Positions 13,056 to 25,744 of a stretch of DNA of 64,000 nucleotides are shown here, one piece after another. The first letter of the stretch is position 1. Every line of letters starts with the position of its first letter. Both the position numbers and the translations under genes were made by a program. This DNA is from Glaucostegus cemiculus (lineage: Eukaryota), in contig CDPCPM010000231.1 in NCBI GenBank assembly GCA_976551045.1, forward strand, positions 3,100,001 through 3,164,000, written 5' to 3'. The notes beneath the pieces were generated by a model. The model made no database searches. It was given only the letters and a program-made list of their open reading frames with translations, and was not told the DNA's origin.

Positions 13056-13957
13056 ATAGCCTGCTTGCAGGTAACTTGACTGAAAGCCACCAACTTAATA
13101 CAGATTAGATATTACAATTGCATTTCTCTGCTCTCTGCACCCTTGCTTCTCAGGGCTGCTGTGGAGGGTTATAAATATTACCTTGTCTTGCTTTGTAAAT
13201 TTTCTTATTTTCGATACCCATCTTAAAGTGACATTTTTACCAGCATCACATTCAATAATTTATTTTGAAAGACTATGCATTTAGTTTTAGACCTAAGTGG
13301 CAATTGTATTTTGCCAGTGAAAATTAAGAACAAATTGCCTCTACTGAAATTAAATCAAAGTTTCCAAGATCATTATCAATTAGACAACCCAATATCCCCA
13401 CACTTTAAAATTATACAGCACAACTATTTAATTGCACTTCTATTCAATCTTCAGATCTCACTGATGTCTAGGATATATGCCTCCATTAGAACAGCAGCAA
13501 CGTCCTGCTGGAGAAAGGAATGTCATGAACTCTACTTGTAAACACGTTGTATAGAATAATGCAGGTCACAAAATATTTCAAGGTCATAATAAATCTTACA
13601 GTTATGCTAGCTAAAATGCAATGGTTTAAAATACTGCCTCAACACTTAAATATGATGCTACAACTTATGTCGTGATCCTGCATTAAACACTTCCAGTGCT
13701 TAAAGCTAAAGTTTAAGTTGGGATGATGATATCATAACTTGCAACAATTAACTATCAAATTAGTGTCCAACACTACCCAGGCAGACAATTTAGAACCAAT
13801 ATAAAAAATCTGGATTAAATATATTTCCATTTGATCATCCATCTTCCATGAAAGTGCAAGTTGATAACCTGTCCGACAGTTGGCAATGGCATGCACCTTA
13901 AAACACAACTAAAGATAGTGAGAGTTATCAAGGAGACAGGGCGAACAGAAACTGCAG

Positions 13958-14045
13958 AACACAGATGTCGCCTGACCTGCTGAGTGTTCACAGCATTTTC
14001 TGTTTTTGTTTTGGATTTTAAGTATCTGCAATCTTTTGCTTCCAC
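13958..14045 (+). mobile_element. Penelope-like terminal fragment, older family
   Basis: acagatgtcgcctgacctgctgagtgttcacagcattttctgtttttgttttggattttaagtatctgcaatcttttgct. Confidence 0.75.
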
Positions 14046-14157
14046 AAAATGATTGCTTTCATTACAGCATTTTGTAAACGGCAGCACACCAATGGGTCAC
14101 ACAAAATCCTTGGTTTTGTGTTTTGAATGAGACCTAGAATCACTGGGTTCTTACATA

Positions 14158-14330
14158 NNNNNNNNNNNNNNNNNNNNNNNNNNNNNNNNNNNNNNNNNNN
14201 NNNNNNNNNNNNNNNNNNNNNNNNNNNNNNNNNNNNNNNNNNNNNNNNNNNNNNNNNNNNNNNNNNNNNNNNNNNNNNNNNNNNNNNNNNNNNNNNNNNN
14301 NNNNNNNNNNNNNNNNNNNNNNNNNNNNNN
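14158..14330. other. Assembly gap (173 N)
   Basis: Run of N. ORFs spanning it are artefacts. Confidence 1.
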
Positions 14331-14379
14331 CTTTAAAAATTCTGAGCAAAATTGCATGTCACATCAGATCAGGCAGAAT

Positions 14380-14478
14380 AGCAGATATAAAAATAGAATA
14401 CTAGAATATTCAGCAGATCAGGCAGCGTCTGTGGAGAGAGAAACAGCTTATGTTTCAGGTTGATGGCCTTTCCAAGGA
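14380..14478 (-). mobile_element. Penelope-like terminal fragment with partial hammerhead-like motif
   Basis: tattcagcagatcaggcagcgtctgtggagagagaaacag...tgtttcaggttgatggcctttc. Confidence 0.7.
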
Positions 14479-17400
14479 GGGAAGATATAATGGTGCAAAT
14501 GAGAATTCATCAGATCTACAGCAGACTTAAAAGACAAAAAGTAATTCTAAAAAATGTTGGAAAAGTAGCGGAAAAAGAAATTAGAAAGTGTTGACATTTC
14601 AGGTAGGGAATACTTGTTATATCCTGATTAAGTTTTTATTTAAAATATAATACTCTTTCCAAAACTAACAGTTTTATGCATTTCCTGTGTCTTTTTTTCA
14701 CCTCTGTTGAATAATGCAGGCACTTGATGTTCTTAAATAATGACATTGGAAAACAACCATGAATCACTGAACTAATACTTCATTAGTGTTAGGAAAATCA
14801 GTGAATCAAAAGTTTAACAGTTCTAAAATTGAAGAAATCGTGAAAGAATTTCAAACCAAACCACATTATGTTCTCAAGGTATCTTTTTTAAGTTGGTTCT
14901 ATTTACAATTCTGCTGCAAATAAATAGCTTTTTAAGCACCTTAAAAAGTCATCAGCAGAACTTGACAAAATACTCTTTAACAAAATTATTAATAAACCTC
15001 TCTTCTTACATGCCAATGTGGTTTTTTCAGCAATTGGCAGAACCTGGACTTGCACTTAAGTGAGGCAATGAGGAGTGATGGAACAGTGGGTAGCATCCCT
15101 ACACACACAAAATAACTGTTCATTTGGCTAAGCTATTCGGTTATACTTCTCTAAAGTAGTAACTTACAAAAATCAGGGATTTCTAACAGTTAAAGCTTAC
15201 TTATTTTTTAAAAAAGAATTTGGCTGTGGTAATTTTAAAATGTTTCTAAATAACTACTTACAATAGTTTATTAATCCGGTAATAAAGACGATTTCAATGC
15301 ATGAGATGTTGGTGGCTGACGACATATAGTTTTGGAGAAACGCATCGTGACCAAGTACAAGATTAAATATAGTTTGTTGAGCATTCAATAGGACGAGTTA
15401 TTTTCAGAATTTAATGGTCAATTTCCTTCAAGTACTGAAATTCCCAAGTAATTCACCAGCACTTCTTTCTCTTTGAATTGGCCCGTTTTTTACTATTTGC
15501 ATTTTTCCTTGGTTATTGAAGAGGTGGGAAAACTGTTGCTATCAAATTGCTGAGTTACTCAGGGATTGAGTATGATTGAATGGATGAACCATCTGGTCTT
15601 TTTCCACCTGTCTGTACTGTGCTTTGATACAGTATTTAAGAATAGGTTAAATAGGTGAAAAAGGGAAAACAAGCATGGGAACAGAGGGGTAAATGGAATG
15701 AGGGGATTGCCTCATGTAGAGAGCAAGCACCATTATGAGACCTTGTTCTGTATTGCAATTTCAGCCTAATTCATTGTTACAACTGACCAAGTAACAAGTG
15801 TCAGTTTTACTCTGGTTAAAAGCAGCCCAGTGAATACAATAATGTATAACTTTCTGTGACAGCTATTTTGGCTACTATGTGAATGTGGTGCAGTCTCACT
15901 GGCCAAATGCAAAAGCTGCTATTACTATGATAAGCAGAAGCATAGAGAAATAGATCTGCAGAAATTAAAATGTAGAGGGAGCTCTTCAACAGATGAATTG
16001 CATCTTCAGAGTGAAGTGGGGAGACATTAGTTTGATTACTGGAACAGACTATGGACTATTTCCTGCCGCCATTGACAGAAAAATGGTAAACGTTCTCATT
16101 TCATGCTAAGGGTATATATACACATTTGCACTGGAAGAAATGAAACCTATCCCCAATAAAGCACAGTTCTCCAAAGGTGACCTAAAGTGCCATAACATTC
16201 TTCATTTTCTAATCAAGCAACTTCTGCTTCTTTCAAAGCAAATTGCAGGCAACATTCCAGTATCTTGAATATCCAGATGAAGAGCTGCAGCAGATAACCC
16301 TTAAAATGTACGTTTATTTTATGGAGATCAAACAGATTGATTTGAATGACTAAATCATTGCTTTATTAGCGTGGCATTTTTCCTTTCGAGTCCCTTGTGA
16401 TAACTCAGTTGACTTTGTAGTTAAAAAATTCAAAACCTTCTCTTTACACTTGTGAATATTTAACACAACATATGGAAATGTGAAGTGGCAGTTGTAATGA
16501 GCAGTTTTATAGTTAACAAATCTCTGACTCAACTTTGTTGTCATCTATAAATCACAGCTATTTACAGACACCTGGATTTTCTGGCCTATGAAATTTTAAT
16601 CGTTTATTGGGATTTCTGCTTGCTTTCTGAATGGGTCAACCTCTTAAAGAAAGCCTCAGGGCCATTCAAATTATCAGTCATCAATTCTTTATTTAACACT
16701 TGGCCAGCTCACTACTTCGACAAGAGGCTCAATCAGCGAACTAGTTTGGGAAACAGATTCATTATTAAATGCAGTAAATCACCATTGGGAGATATTCTAT
16801 TTAACTGAACTCAGCTTACAGATCTCTCAGCTTTGCGAAGAAATATTGAGAAATGAGAATTCTAAATATCAAATTAGAATAAACATTTATAAAGTGATTA
16901 TTATAGTAAGGTGTCAGTACAATGTGTAGGTGCCGGTAGTGGAGATCTGAACTGAAAGCATCAGAAACGCAAGAGCCCATCACTATTCAGAAATATTTAA
17001 AATATCCACAATTCATTCAAAAGATTACAGTGCATTGCTGCACCAACAGGTTGGTGTTCTCATAGTTTCAATATGAAGTTAATTATTAGGTTGTAGTGAT
17101 AAGATCAAATCGGTTAATGCTGAATGCCAGTGATACAATGCTGATTGAAGAACAAAGCACACCCAAAGATTTCTGTGTGTTACACAGAATGATTCTGAGT
17201 TTGGTATCCCTATAAAAATAATAATTGTAATTTGTAGTCACTTCTTGCATCCAATGTAAGGATATCACACTCTCAGTGAATGAAAATAAAACAACTGCAG
17301 ATGCTGGAAATCTGAAAGTACCTTTTTCAAAACTGGGATTGAATAAATAGATGGTGATCATTTGGAAAAATGACTGTATCAATTGCTAGCTAAGTGCAGT

Positions 17401-18861
17401 TATTCAATGGCCCATACACTAAACAAAATCTGATCAAGCTCAGCTGAACTATAGAGCAGTTGAACTGACTGCCTTCAATTCCCTGGAATGGAAAGAAACC
17501 ACAGAGTGGTCCTGCCTTGAATCACAATCCCAACCCTTGCTACCAATACATATGTGAATTTTGGATTTTCATGCTCCATCAACCAAGCTCTTTCTTGGAG
17601 CACCAGCAAGAATGATGGTAACACAGGTGAGGCAGCAACAGACAATCAGTTACTCTGGAATCACACTCAGGACAGAAGCAATACCTTGCAAAGTTTGTAA
17701 CAAAAGGTAAGCTGACAGAAATGGCCAGAATGGACAATGAAAAATTCTTGAATGTGAACAAAATGATGTGCAATTTACATAGGTTGAATGGGTACATCTT
17801 TGTTCTTTCCTTTCAAGGTATAATCCAACTTCTTCTGATTGATTTATGTATGTATACATAGAAAATCTCATTTGTTTAGTCATGAAATATAATTCCCATT
17901 TAACGATCAAAAAAGTCCCTAAAAACCTTGAGTAATTTATGTAGGGACTCTTCAATCAGTGAATGAGAATTCTATTTCATGGTTGAATATTTCAAGTATG
18001 ATTAGTGATGTTTCGAACATTCATGAAACATTAAATAGTTTGAAAACCATTAGATGAACAGTTAGAGACTGTATATGACAGTGTGGCATGTGAGATTTCG
18101 GTTCACTAAGCAATGTAATTACTTGAGAGAACATATTAAGTACATTTGTACCTCCATTACGGAGGAGAACATTGTTTCAATCTTTATAACAATTCATGGA
18201 TAACTATGAAATAACTACATTTGCTTTTTGGTAGAAGATTATTTGTCCACTTTCTCCACACATGATACAATGAAATAATTGCACCATACTGACTTGGTAA
18301 GTGCTCATGCTTTCATGTGGAGATAGACACTACAAAGATAGATACCACACTCACATTTAAACATTGTAGGATTATACTGTCACTTTAAATAAGTCTAATC
18401 AATTTATTCTGAGCTATGCAAACGCTTTGAGTTAAGAACCTGGGTAACACAAGAGCCAGTGCAAGCACTCTATGATTGTGTTGGTGTTGTTAATTAGTTA
18501 CAATATTAAGGGTTTCTACAAAAATACCTTGCAAATTTGCCAATACAACAGGCTAAAGCATAAATACTGTCAAACAAAGTTTACTGCTAGAGAACCACAG
18601 TCAGATCCCAAAACTCAGCATTCTCTCCTTTGTGAATCCACTTTGACATAACAGGGAACCAATTTAATTATACAATCACTGTACTTATTTGATTACATGT
18701 CTATATTGTAATTGAAAATTACTGTCTTGGTCAACGGGACTGATTTTTTTTAAGCTCAATCCCATTTTATTGTTGTTTGACACCTAAAATGTTGAAGCAT
18801 TTCCAATGAATTCCATCACACCTGCAGTACAAACAGATGTTAAGAACTAGTGTTGATTTCT

Positions 18862-19168
18862 TTAGTCATACAGCATGGAAACATGCCCTTCGGCCCAATT
18901 CATCCATGACGACCACAGTGCCCAAAGAGCTAGTCCTACTTGCTCACATTTGGCCCATGTCCCTCTAAACCCCTCCTATCCATGTAATTATCCAAATGTC
19001 TTTTAAATGTTGTTATTGTACTTGCCTCAACCACTTCCTCCGGCAGCACATTCCATAGACGCACCACCCTCTGGTTGAAGTTGTTGCCCCTCAGGTCCCT
19101 TTTAAATCTTTCAGCTCTCATCTTAAACCTATGCCCTCCAGTTTCTTGTTCCCCTTCCCTGGGAAAAA
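18862..19168 (-). mobile_element. CR1 LINE 3' fragment, fairly young
   Basis: ORF 18936..19121 RFKRDLRGNNFNQRVVRLWNVLPEEVVEASTITTFKRHLDNYM is the canonical CR1 ORF2 C-terminus. 3'UTR with gcccttcggccca. Confidence 0.92.
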
Positions 19169-19872
19169 TATTATTTCATAACATTACAAATGAGGCATTT
19201 TGTTTGGTTTTTCCGAGTTCTCACTTTCTCCAGTTTATAGCATCGTATATCATTGCAAGATCAATTCCACAATTATTCAAAACTATGAAGTCCTCATCCA
19301 TACCAGTTAACTCGATTTTTGTTAAATGGTGATTGTTACATGAATTTTTCTTATTAATATTGCATAACACTACAGTAATGATGGCATTGTTTATTAACAT
19401 TTTGTATTTTGCTATGACTTCCTTAACAGACACAATCTTGTTTTGTTCCAATAGCTTAAATGATAAATCTGTTTAGATAACACATATAAATCATTAATCG
19501 GAAATGTTAACTGTTCCTCTCTTTGTAAATGATGCTTTGTCTGCTGAGTATTTCCAACATTTTGTTTTCAGTTAATTTTGTTGATCTTCTTTACCATTCT
19601 AGGAATTGCAATGCTACCTTTGGAAGTGAACACAGCCTTACTTAGCACTTAACTACGATATTTATCTACTTCTATCTACGAGCAATGCTTGTGCACTGAC
19701 AGCACTGTCAATGACTTCGTTGGTGAGAAAAATGTAACAATACCCCTTTGTTTTTAAAATAAAGGGCAAGAGCTTGAATTTACAAAACAGTTTTTGTGAT
19801 TTCAGGATGTCTCAACACACTTCACAGTCCCTGTCCTGTGTTGGCCATGTCCAAGAATTCATGGAAGAATGT

Positions 19873-19941
19873 ATTGGTATTGGTTTATTATTGTCACCTG
19901 TACAGAGGTCTAGTGAAGAACTTGTCTTGCATACTGTTCGT
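19873..19941 (-). mobile_element. Rex/Babar-like 3' tail (extremely truncated)
   Basis: attggtattggtttattattgtcacctgtac...gtgaagaacttgtc matches the tails at 32760-32810 (+) and 61698-61765 (-). Confidence 0.8.
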
Positions 19942-20244
19942 GCCAGGGTAAATGTGCACAAAGATGGGATAATGAGGACGACCTCAATGCAAACAATTAC
20001 TTCAGCCCTTAGCATGGGGACATTGTTCATGCAAAAGGAAATCAGAAGTTCAAAAATGTGCCAGTGGTTAAACAGGGGTGGCCATCTGAAAGTAGATAGG
20101 GACACTACTACAACAACAGTGGCAACAACCTCCAACCTCCAAAAGTGAGCTTGGAAGGATAGGTCACATTGTAGCTATTGGTAGATCAGCAGGCAGAAGC
20201 TGGACCACTGACCCAAGGACAGGTCCAGACATGTGATTAAATAG

Positions 20245-20455
20245 ATCTGGGATTAAAAACCAAGTATCAGTAATGTCATAAAAACTCATCCAGTTCACCA
20301 ATGTTCTTCAGGGAAGCACAGTATATCTGCCATCCTTGCCTAAATGTGTTGCTAAGCCCAGAGCATTGTGGTTGACTCTTAACTGCCCCTTCAGTTCAGG
20401 AGTAATTAGGGATAGACAAAAAATACCAAAATTACCTGCAATGTCCACATCCAGC
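20245..20455 (+). mobile_element. SINE-like 3' portion sharing its tail with the LINE family at 2795-4305
   Basis: aaaactcatccagttcaccaatgttcttcagggaag...tgtggttgactcttaactgcccct...taattagggatagacaaaaaata. The tail resembles the reverse complement of 2820-2845. Confidence 0.6.
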
Positions 20456-20459
20456 ACAT

Positions 20460-20919
20460 GACGCACACCAAATATCACAGATGGCAGGTGAACCAACATG
20501 CACTACACCCCATATCATACGAGGACACAATAGTGGAAGGACCCCACACTGGAGGAACAGACAGAGGACCTGTCTGTCAACCCTGGAGGACTTTGCATTA
20601 AAGTGAAGCATGTGGAAACTGGATAATTATTTTGGATGTTTTATTTCTCCTTTTTGTTTTTCATTATTAAAGAGCATGTAACGTATGTGGCTTATGTAAT
20701 ATTGGGCATGTACCATTTTAAGAATGACAGCATACAACCAACGTCCCTCTGAATATTGCTATAAATGTTTGGTGCTGAACTGGACAGAGCCAATTTACCT
20801 GTGTATGGAAAGGCTGCTTATCTTTCTAAATTCTTTTGATTAATAAAGCACTTGGTTATTCGAATTATTAGTGTCCTCCAGTATCTTTGCGAGTGAATGA
20901 AAGAGCAGATACTGAGACA
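20460..20919 (+). mobile_element. Probable Gypsy 3' end: pol tail, decayed polypurine tract and 3' LTR (20611-20919)
   Basis: R.RQRT...LEDFA-like terminus, then purine-rich aaagtgaagca, then TGT (20611)...AATAAA (~20842)...ACA (20919). A VVKQGWP-like remnant lies near 20065. Confidence 0.45.
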
Positions 20920-21579
20920 GTACTTTTGATCTAAACAGACTATCATTTCCCTAGTGAATTTCATCTCACCCACTCAGAGATATTTCAGATAATTACTCTT
21001 ACCATTTCTCTGTCTCAAAAACTAGTTTGCAAATGTCAAATGAATCTCCAGTATTTTTCTGTATTCACAACAGCACTCATCTACAACGCCCACTCCTTTC
21101 AACCAATTCTACCATGTCTTAATTGAACTCAGAATTGTGTGTGCACGTATGAGAGAATAATATACGACACTAATGAGTATTGAACAGAACATTTTTGTGG
21201 TACATAAAGCTAAAAGAAATGCAATTTTCAGGTATTGTGACAGGAATGCAGAAAACACACAGAAGGTCAGTCAGCCTCTAAAGCACTGATCTCCATTTCG
21301 AGGACTTACATGTTTACTCCACAGGCTTCCAATCTTATCTTACACAGTTGTCAAAGTAAATTCAGTAACCTAAGTAATGCTTGTATTATACAACTGTAGC
21401 TTCATCGAGTTACACAAATCAAACTCCTAATGTTTCCAACTTATATTCTTGAGTTAGTAGAAATCAGCATAGAAGGGGTTAGTTCCAAGGTTGTGCACAA
21501 CATTTTTTTTTAATAGAAAGTCAAGTAGACCATTTCTCTTGTAAAGATGTGCTTTGGCCAATCCACTAATAGTTTAGAA

Positions 21580-23270
21580 TAGGCCAGATCTTCCAAGGAC
21601 TCGCTAACAGTCTCTGCCTTTACTAATCAGATCATCAAAGCTGATGATCTGATTAGCTCCCCAATCACCATGTGCTATGTGCATGAGGATCTCACTTTGC
21701 TGCTGAGTTCCCCATAGACTTCAACGGGCCAGCACTCTCCTACCGTCCCTTGCGTCAGAGTATGTTTCCTGCTACTACTGATCCAAGCAGCACTGTCACT
21801 GTACCAGGCCCAGCAAATGGCAGAAACATATCCATGCCTTGTGAAACCTTGCAAGTGAAAGTGCAGATGTTTGAATTAGTCTTATAAAGCATGGGTGGTG
21901 GGTGCACCTTGGCACTGCCCTTGCACTGAAAGCTCTGGGAAGCTTCTAATCCTGCTTTCAGAGGGACTACCAAAGTACAGTAGCTCCCCCAGCCCCTCAG
22001 ACCTCCAGCTTCCCCCAGACCATGGCTAGGAAATTGTGCCTGGGAGGGTGTTGGGAGAATCACAATGTTACTACCAGTTTGCAGCTGGTGAATGCAGGCA
22101 GCTTGCTGGCTATCAGATGATTCAGTCCATTGCAAGTCAGTCATCTAAGGGGTCTATTATTTGAAATCCCAATCATCATAATGTGTTGTGAAAGGTGGCT
22201 CATTGCCTTCCAGACAATAGTTTCAAGAACAGCAAGGAAAATGCATTAAGCCATTTGGTCCCACAAAGAACATTAAAATGGTGCTGCACATTAGATCCAT
22301 GCTAGTTTCTTGTGAGGCCATGGGGAACAATTATTTTACCCGCACAAAGTGGAATGAGCAGTCTGGGTAAATAGTGTAATTCCTAGAGCTTCAGAACAGT
22401 TATACTGCTCTCTCCCTCTGCTCTGCCAAGTAGAGAGGAGATGCGGGTGTTCCTAATGGCACAAGTCAGTCTCAGTGACCTCCCTAATAAAACGGTGATC
22501 AGTAAACTTAAAGTTGTAACTGATGTCCCCTGCTGCAGACTGGAAGCACTGGTTCTATAAAGTTTGTGGTGATCTCGACAGTTATGGACAGTACGGTGCA
22601 CGCCCAGATCAAGGCAGGTGACACAGCTTGGTGACAGCCTACTTGGAAACTAAATGTACCACACATGTTGATGCTCCTCTGCAGTAAGAATGCTCTCTGA
22701 TGACCCCCCTCCCATAGATTTGATCCACATCATAATGTCCTCCCTCCTCCCAGCTTCTCCTGTTGCCTCGTCAACTTTGCTACTCTCCTTTGTCTGCCAG
22801 GTCCGAAGGCAGCCCTGCCAAACCCCTGCCACCGCAGCAAAACTGTGCTGGCACCTGACAAAAGCAGTCCACTGCCGACAAAAATAATTGTTACTGAAGA
22901 TTAGAAATCAGTTGTAGAAAGCAGAAAACAAACAAGTTCAAAGACAGAAGATGAAAACTAAATGTAGCGATTAACCTGCATACAAAGGACAAGTCCTTTA
23001 AATAGCATTACTGGAGGACTCATGCTCTTTCTTAATGCAAACAGCTGCTGAGTGAGCTTATCATACAGAAATCAAGCACATGGGCAGGCCGATTTGCCAG
23101 TACTGTCCACCAACTTTATTTAAATCATTTAATGTGTTTTTAATATTTTTGGCATGTTTCCAAAGTATCCACAAAAGTGACAAATCCAGTACTTCAAACA
23201 CCAGGCTCCATTAGTTTATTAGGCAGAGGTGTCACATCAATAAAAGTATGAACCAACCCAATTTCTAGGC
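21580..23270 (-). mobile_element. Degraded PIF/Harbinger DNA transposon with transposase pseudogene
   Basis: Minus-strand 22690-22465 translates with frameshifts to LTAEEH..., TVLSITVEITTNF and FQSAAGDIS....HRFIREVTE, matching the HARBI1/Harbinger N-terminal HTH region (GSFQ...GD...SQ..V.R.I..VT.AL). Outer limits approximate. Confidence 0.7.
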
Positions 23271-23324
23271 TGTGGTTGTCCGGGCACGTTAAACACTAAT
23301 TGAGTTGTAGTGAAATAGAACATA

Positions 23325-23470
23325 AGAAATAGATGTAGGAGAACATCATTTGGCTCTCCACACACACTCAACCATTCAGTAAGTTTATGGCTGATCTAAT
23401 CCCTCAACTCCACTTACCTGTACTAACCCCATGTCCTTTTATTCCCTTAATATTTAAAAATCTATCCATA
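23325..23470 (-). mobile_element. CR1 3'UTR fragment
   Basis: agaacataagaaatagatgtaggaga...ccattcagtaagtttatggctgatct...cctcaactccactt. Confidence 0.75.
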
Positions 23471-24216
23471 TGTGCACAAAATTAAAACAATAAATTGTCA
23501 ACTTATAATGCAAGTGCATGAAGTGCACACTTCTCTGGCTCAATTCTACTGCTAGAAGTCTATTCATTCTTTGCAGAGTATTATTAGTTTGTTTGCATGA
23601 AATGGTAGCAATAAATTTGGAAAAACATGATGAGAAAATGTCTTAATCTTAAATTTTCTTATCCCATAGCATCTAACAAGAATTTGGATGGTAATTCTAA
23701 AATTCTTTAGAATTTTTAAAACAGAACAGTACAGTAGCTCAGTAAAAGGGAGCCACAATATGTTAGTGAAGATTTCTATTTTTAATCCAGCCACAACATC
23801 AAATGGTTCAAATGTCTTTAAGGGAGAAGGTCAAATAGGTTATCAATGTCAATTGAACCCTGAGGCATACTTTGTACTTAGAACTTCCTTATTCTTTATT
23901 ATTCTATTTCTCTCTGCAGGTGGAAATCAATGTGTGGTTTTATTCGATCTTCCATTTATTTTCATCCCATCAATATCAAAAGCAAATCCTGAATAACTAA
24001 ACTTACAATAGAAAGCTAAATAAGTGTGATAATAGAGTGGGTAAATTCAAAGGTTACTGGAACTATATGTTATAAAAACACCTTTGACAGGTAGTGTAAC
24101 TTCTCCTGTGAGTTGCATTTGCTGAGGGGCTCGATCATGCAAGGCTGGATCTCCGCCGAGAATCACAGTTTATAAGCCCACTCAGTCCTGCACTTATCTG
24201 GGTGAAGGATCTACCC

Positions 24217-24255
24217 TAGCAATGTGCTCAGGATAGCAATGTGCTCAGGATAGCA
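24217..24255. repeat. Perfect tandem duplication, 17-bp unit x2.3
   Basis: tagcaatgtgctcagga tagcaatgtgctcagga tagca. Confidence 0.95.
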
Positions 24256-24659
24256 GTGGACCTTGGATGGGGCTGCGTGGAATGCCACTAACAGCCGTTG
24301 ATTGCAGACAAAATTGGGAGGTGGGCTTTGTAAAAGCTGTCATTGATATCAATAGATCAAACATACAAAAACAATTAAAATTTAATTAAAGACATTTAAA
24401 AATATAACATATAGTAAAAATAAAATACATAAAGTTTCAAACTACCCTCGCCTTTCAATTACAATCTGCATTGCTATTAATGAGGTCTCAGTTCCTGCAA
24501 CAGATCTCACCCAGCACTACATCCAAGTGGTGATCCCCAACATATTGCTTCTCCAGATCTGATGGAAACTCAATTGGAACTGCCAAAAAAAAACTCAGCA
24601 CAATCTGCTTCAAGATTTTTTTTAATATCCTATTTTGATTTGATTTTGAAGACTTTTTC

Positions 24660-25465
24660 CAAATAACAACTTTCATTTCTGTAGCACCTTTAACACAGCA
24701 ACAGTGTCTGAAGCAGGAGTACTGTCAAATAAAATAAAATGACACTGGACCACAGAAGGAAACATCAGAGCAGGCCAACACACGTTAGTCGAAAAGGGAA
24801 TGAGAAAGGTGGTGGGTTTTGGGGAGGGATTTCCAGAATCAAGGACCTTGGTAGCTCAAGGTACAGCTCCCAAAGGTGGAATGTTTCAATCGATGATGAG
24901 CAAGAGGCTGGAATTGCAGAGGCACAGGTGGCTCAGAGGGTTACAAACTTGGAAAGAATTAATCGAGAAGGACAGAGCTGGAGAGGTTGGAAAACAAGGC
25001 TGAAAATGTTAAAAGTGAAACATTGCTCAACCAGGCGTCAGTGAAGGTCAGCAAGCAGGTGGGCAATGGATGATGGGGATTTAGGGCACCAATAAAGCTT
25101 TGGCTGGTCTCAGATTTATAAAGAGTAAATAAAAGAGAGGAAGCAAGCCAGCCAGGAGGGTATTGGAATAGTCAGATGCAGCGTGACAAAGACAAAGAGT
25201 TTCAACAACAGGTATACTGAGGCAAGAGTGGAGTTAGCCATAACACTGGTGAAGATTAATTACCTTAGTGTTCATGGATATGAAATGAAAACCTTGGGGT
25301 CAAGTTTCTGTAGAGTCTCATTCAGCTTCAGATAGCTTTGAGGGAAAGAAGGGGTGTGGTGGCTTGGTAATGGAATTTATGTTAGTGACTGAAGAAAAGG
25401 TCTTCAGTCATTCCAATACTTAATTGGAGAGGTTTCTAGTCATCCAGTACTAGATGACATGCAGC
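24660..25465 (-). mobile_element. Degraded L2 LINE 3' region
   Basis: Tail aacaactttcatttctgtagcacctttaac. gagggatttccaga is the complement of LWNSL, and ttggaatagtc the complement of DYSN. Confidence 0.7.
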
Positions 25466-25744
25466 AGATTAAGAGAGAATTCTTTGAAAATTTACATTTT
25501 TCTCTCTAACAATTGTTAATGCAGTTATAGGACCTCCACTGGCATTTAGGGATAGACCATATTCGACAGCGTAACTGAATGAAGTTAGCAATACACTTAA
25601 TGTAAGTTGCTTTTCATTATACTTTGTATGCGCTGTGCACTTGAAGCTGACCCATATATATATAAAATATGAACACATAACTTAATCTGACAATCTGCAC
25701 AGAAGGCTATTGTTTCAAACTAGCTTAACTTCCTAGTTTCATCA

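Noticed and set aside
14127-14357. ORFs of 68-69 aa spanning the N run
   Set aside because: Artefacts of the assembly gap
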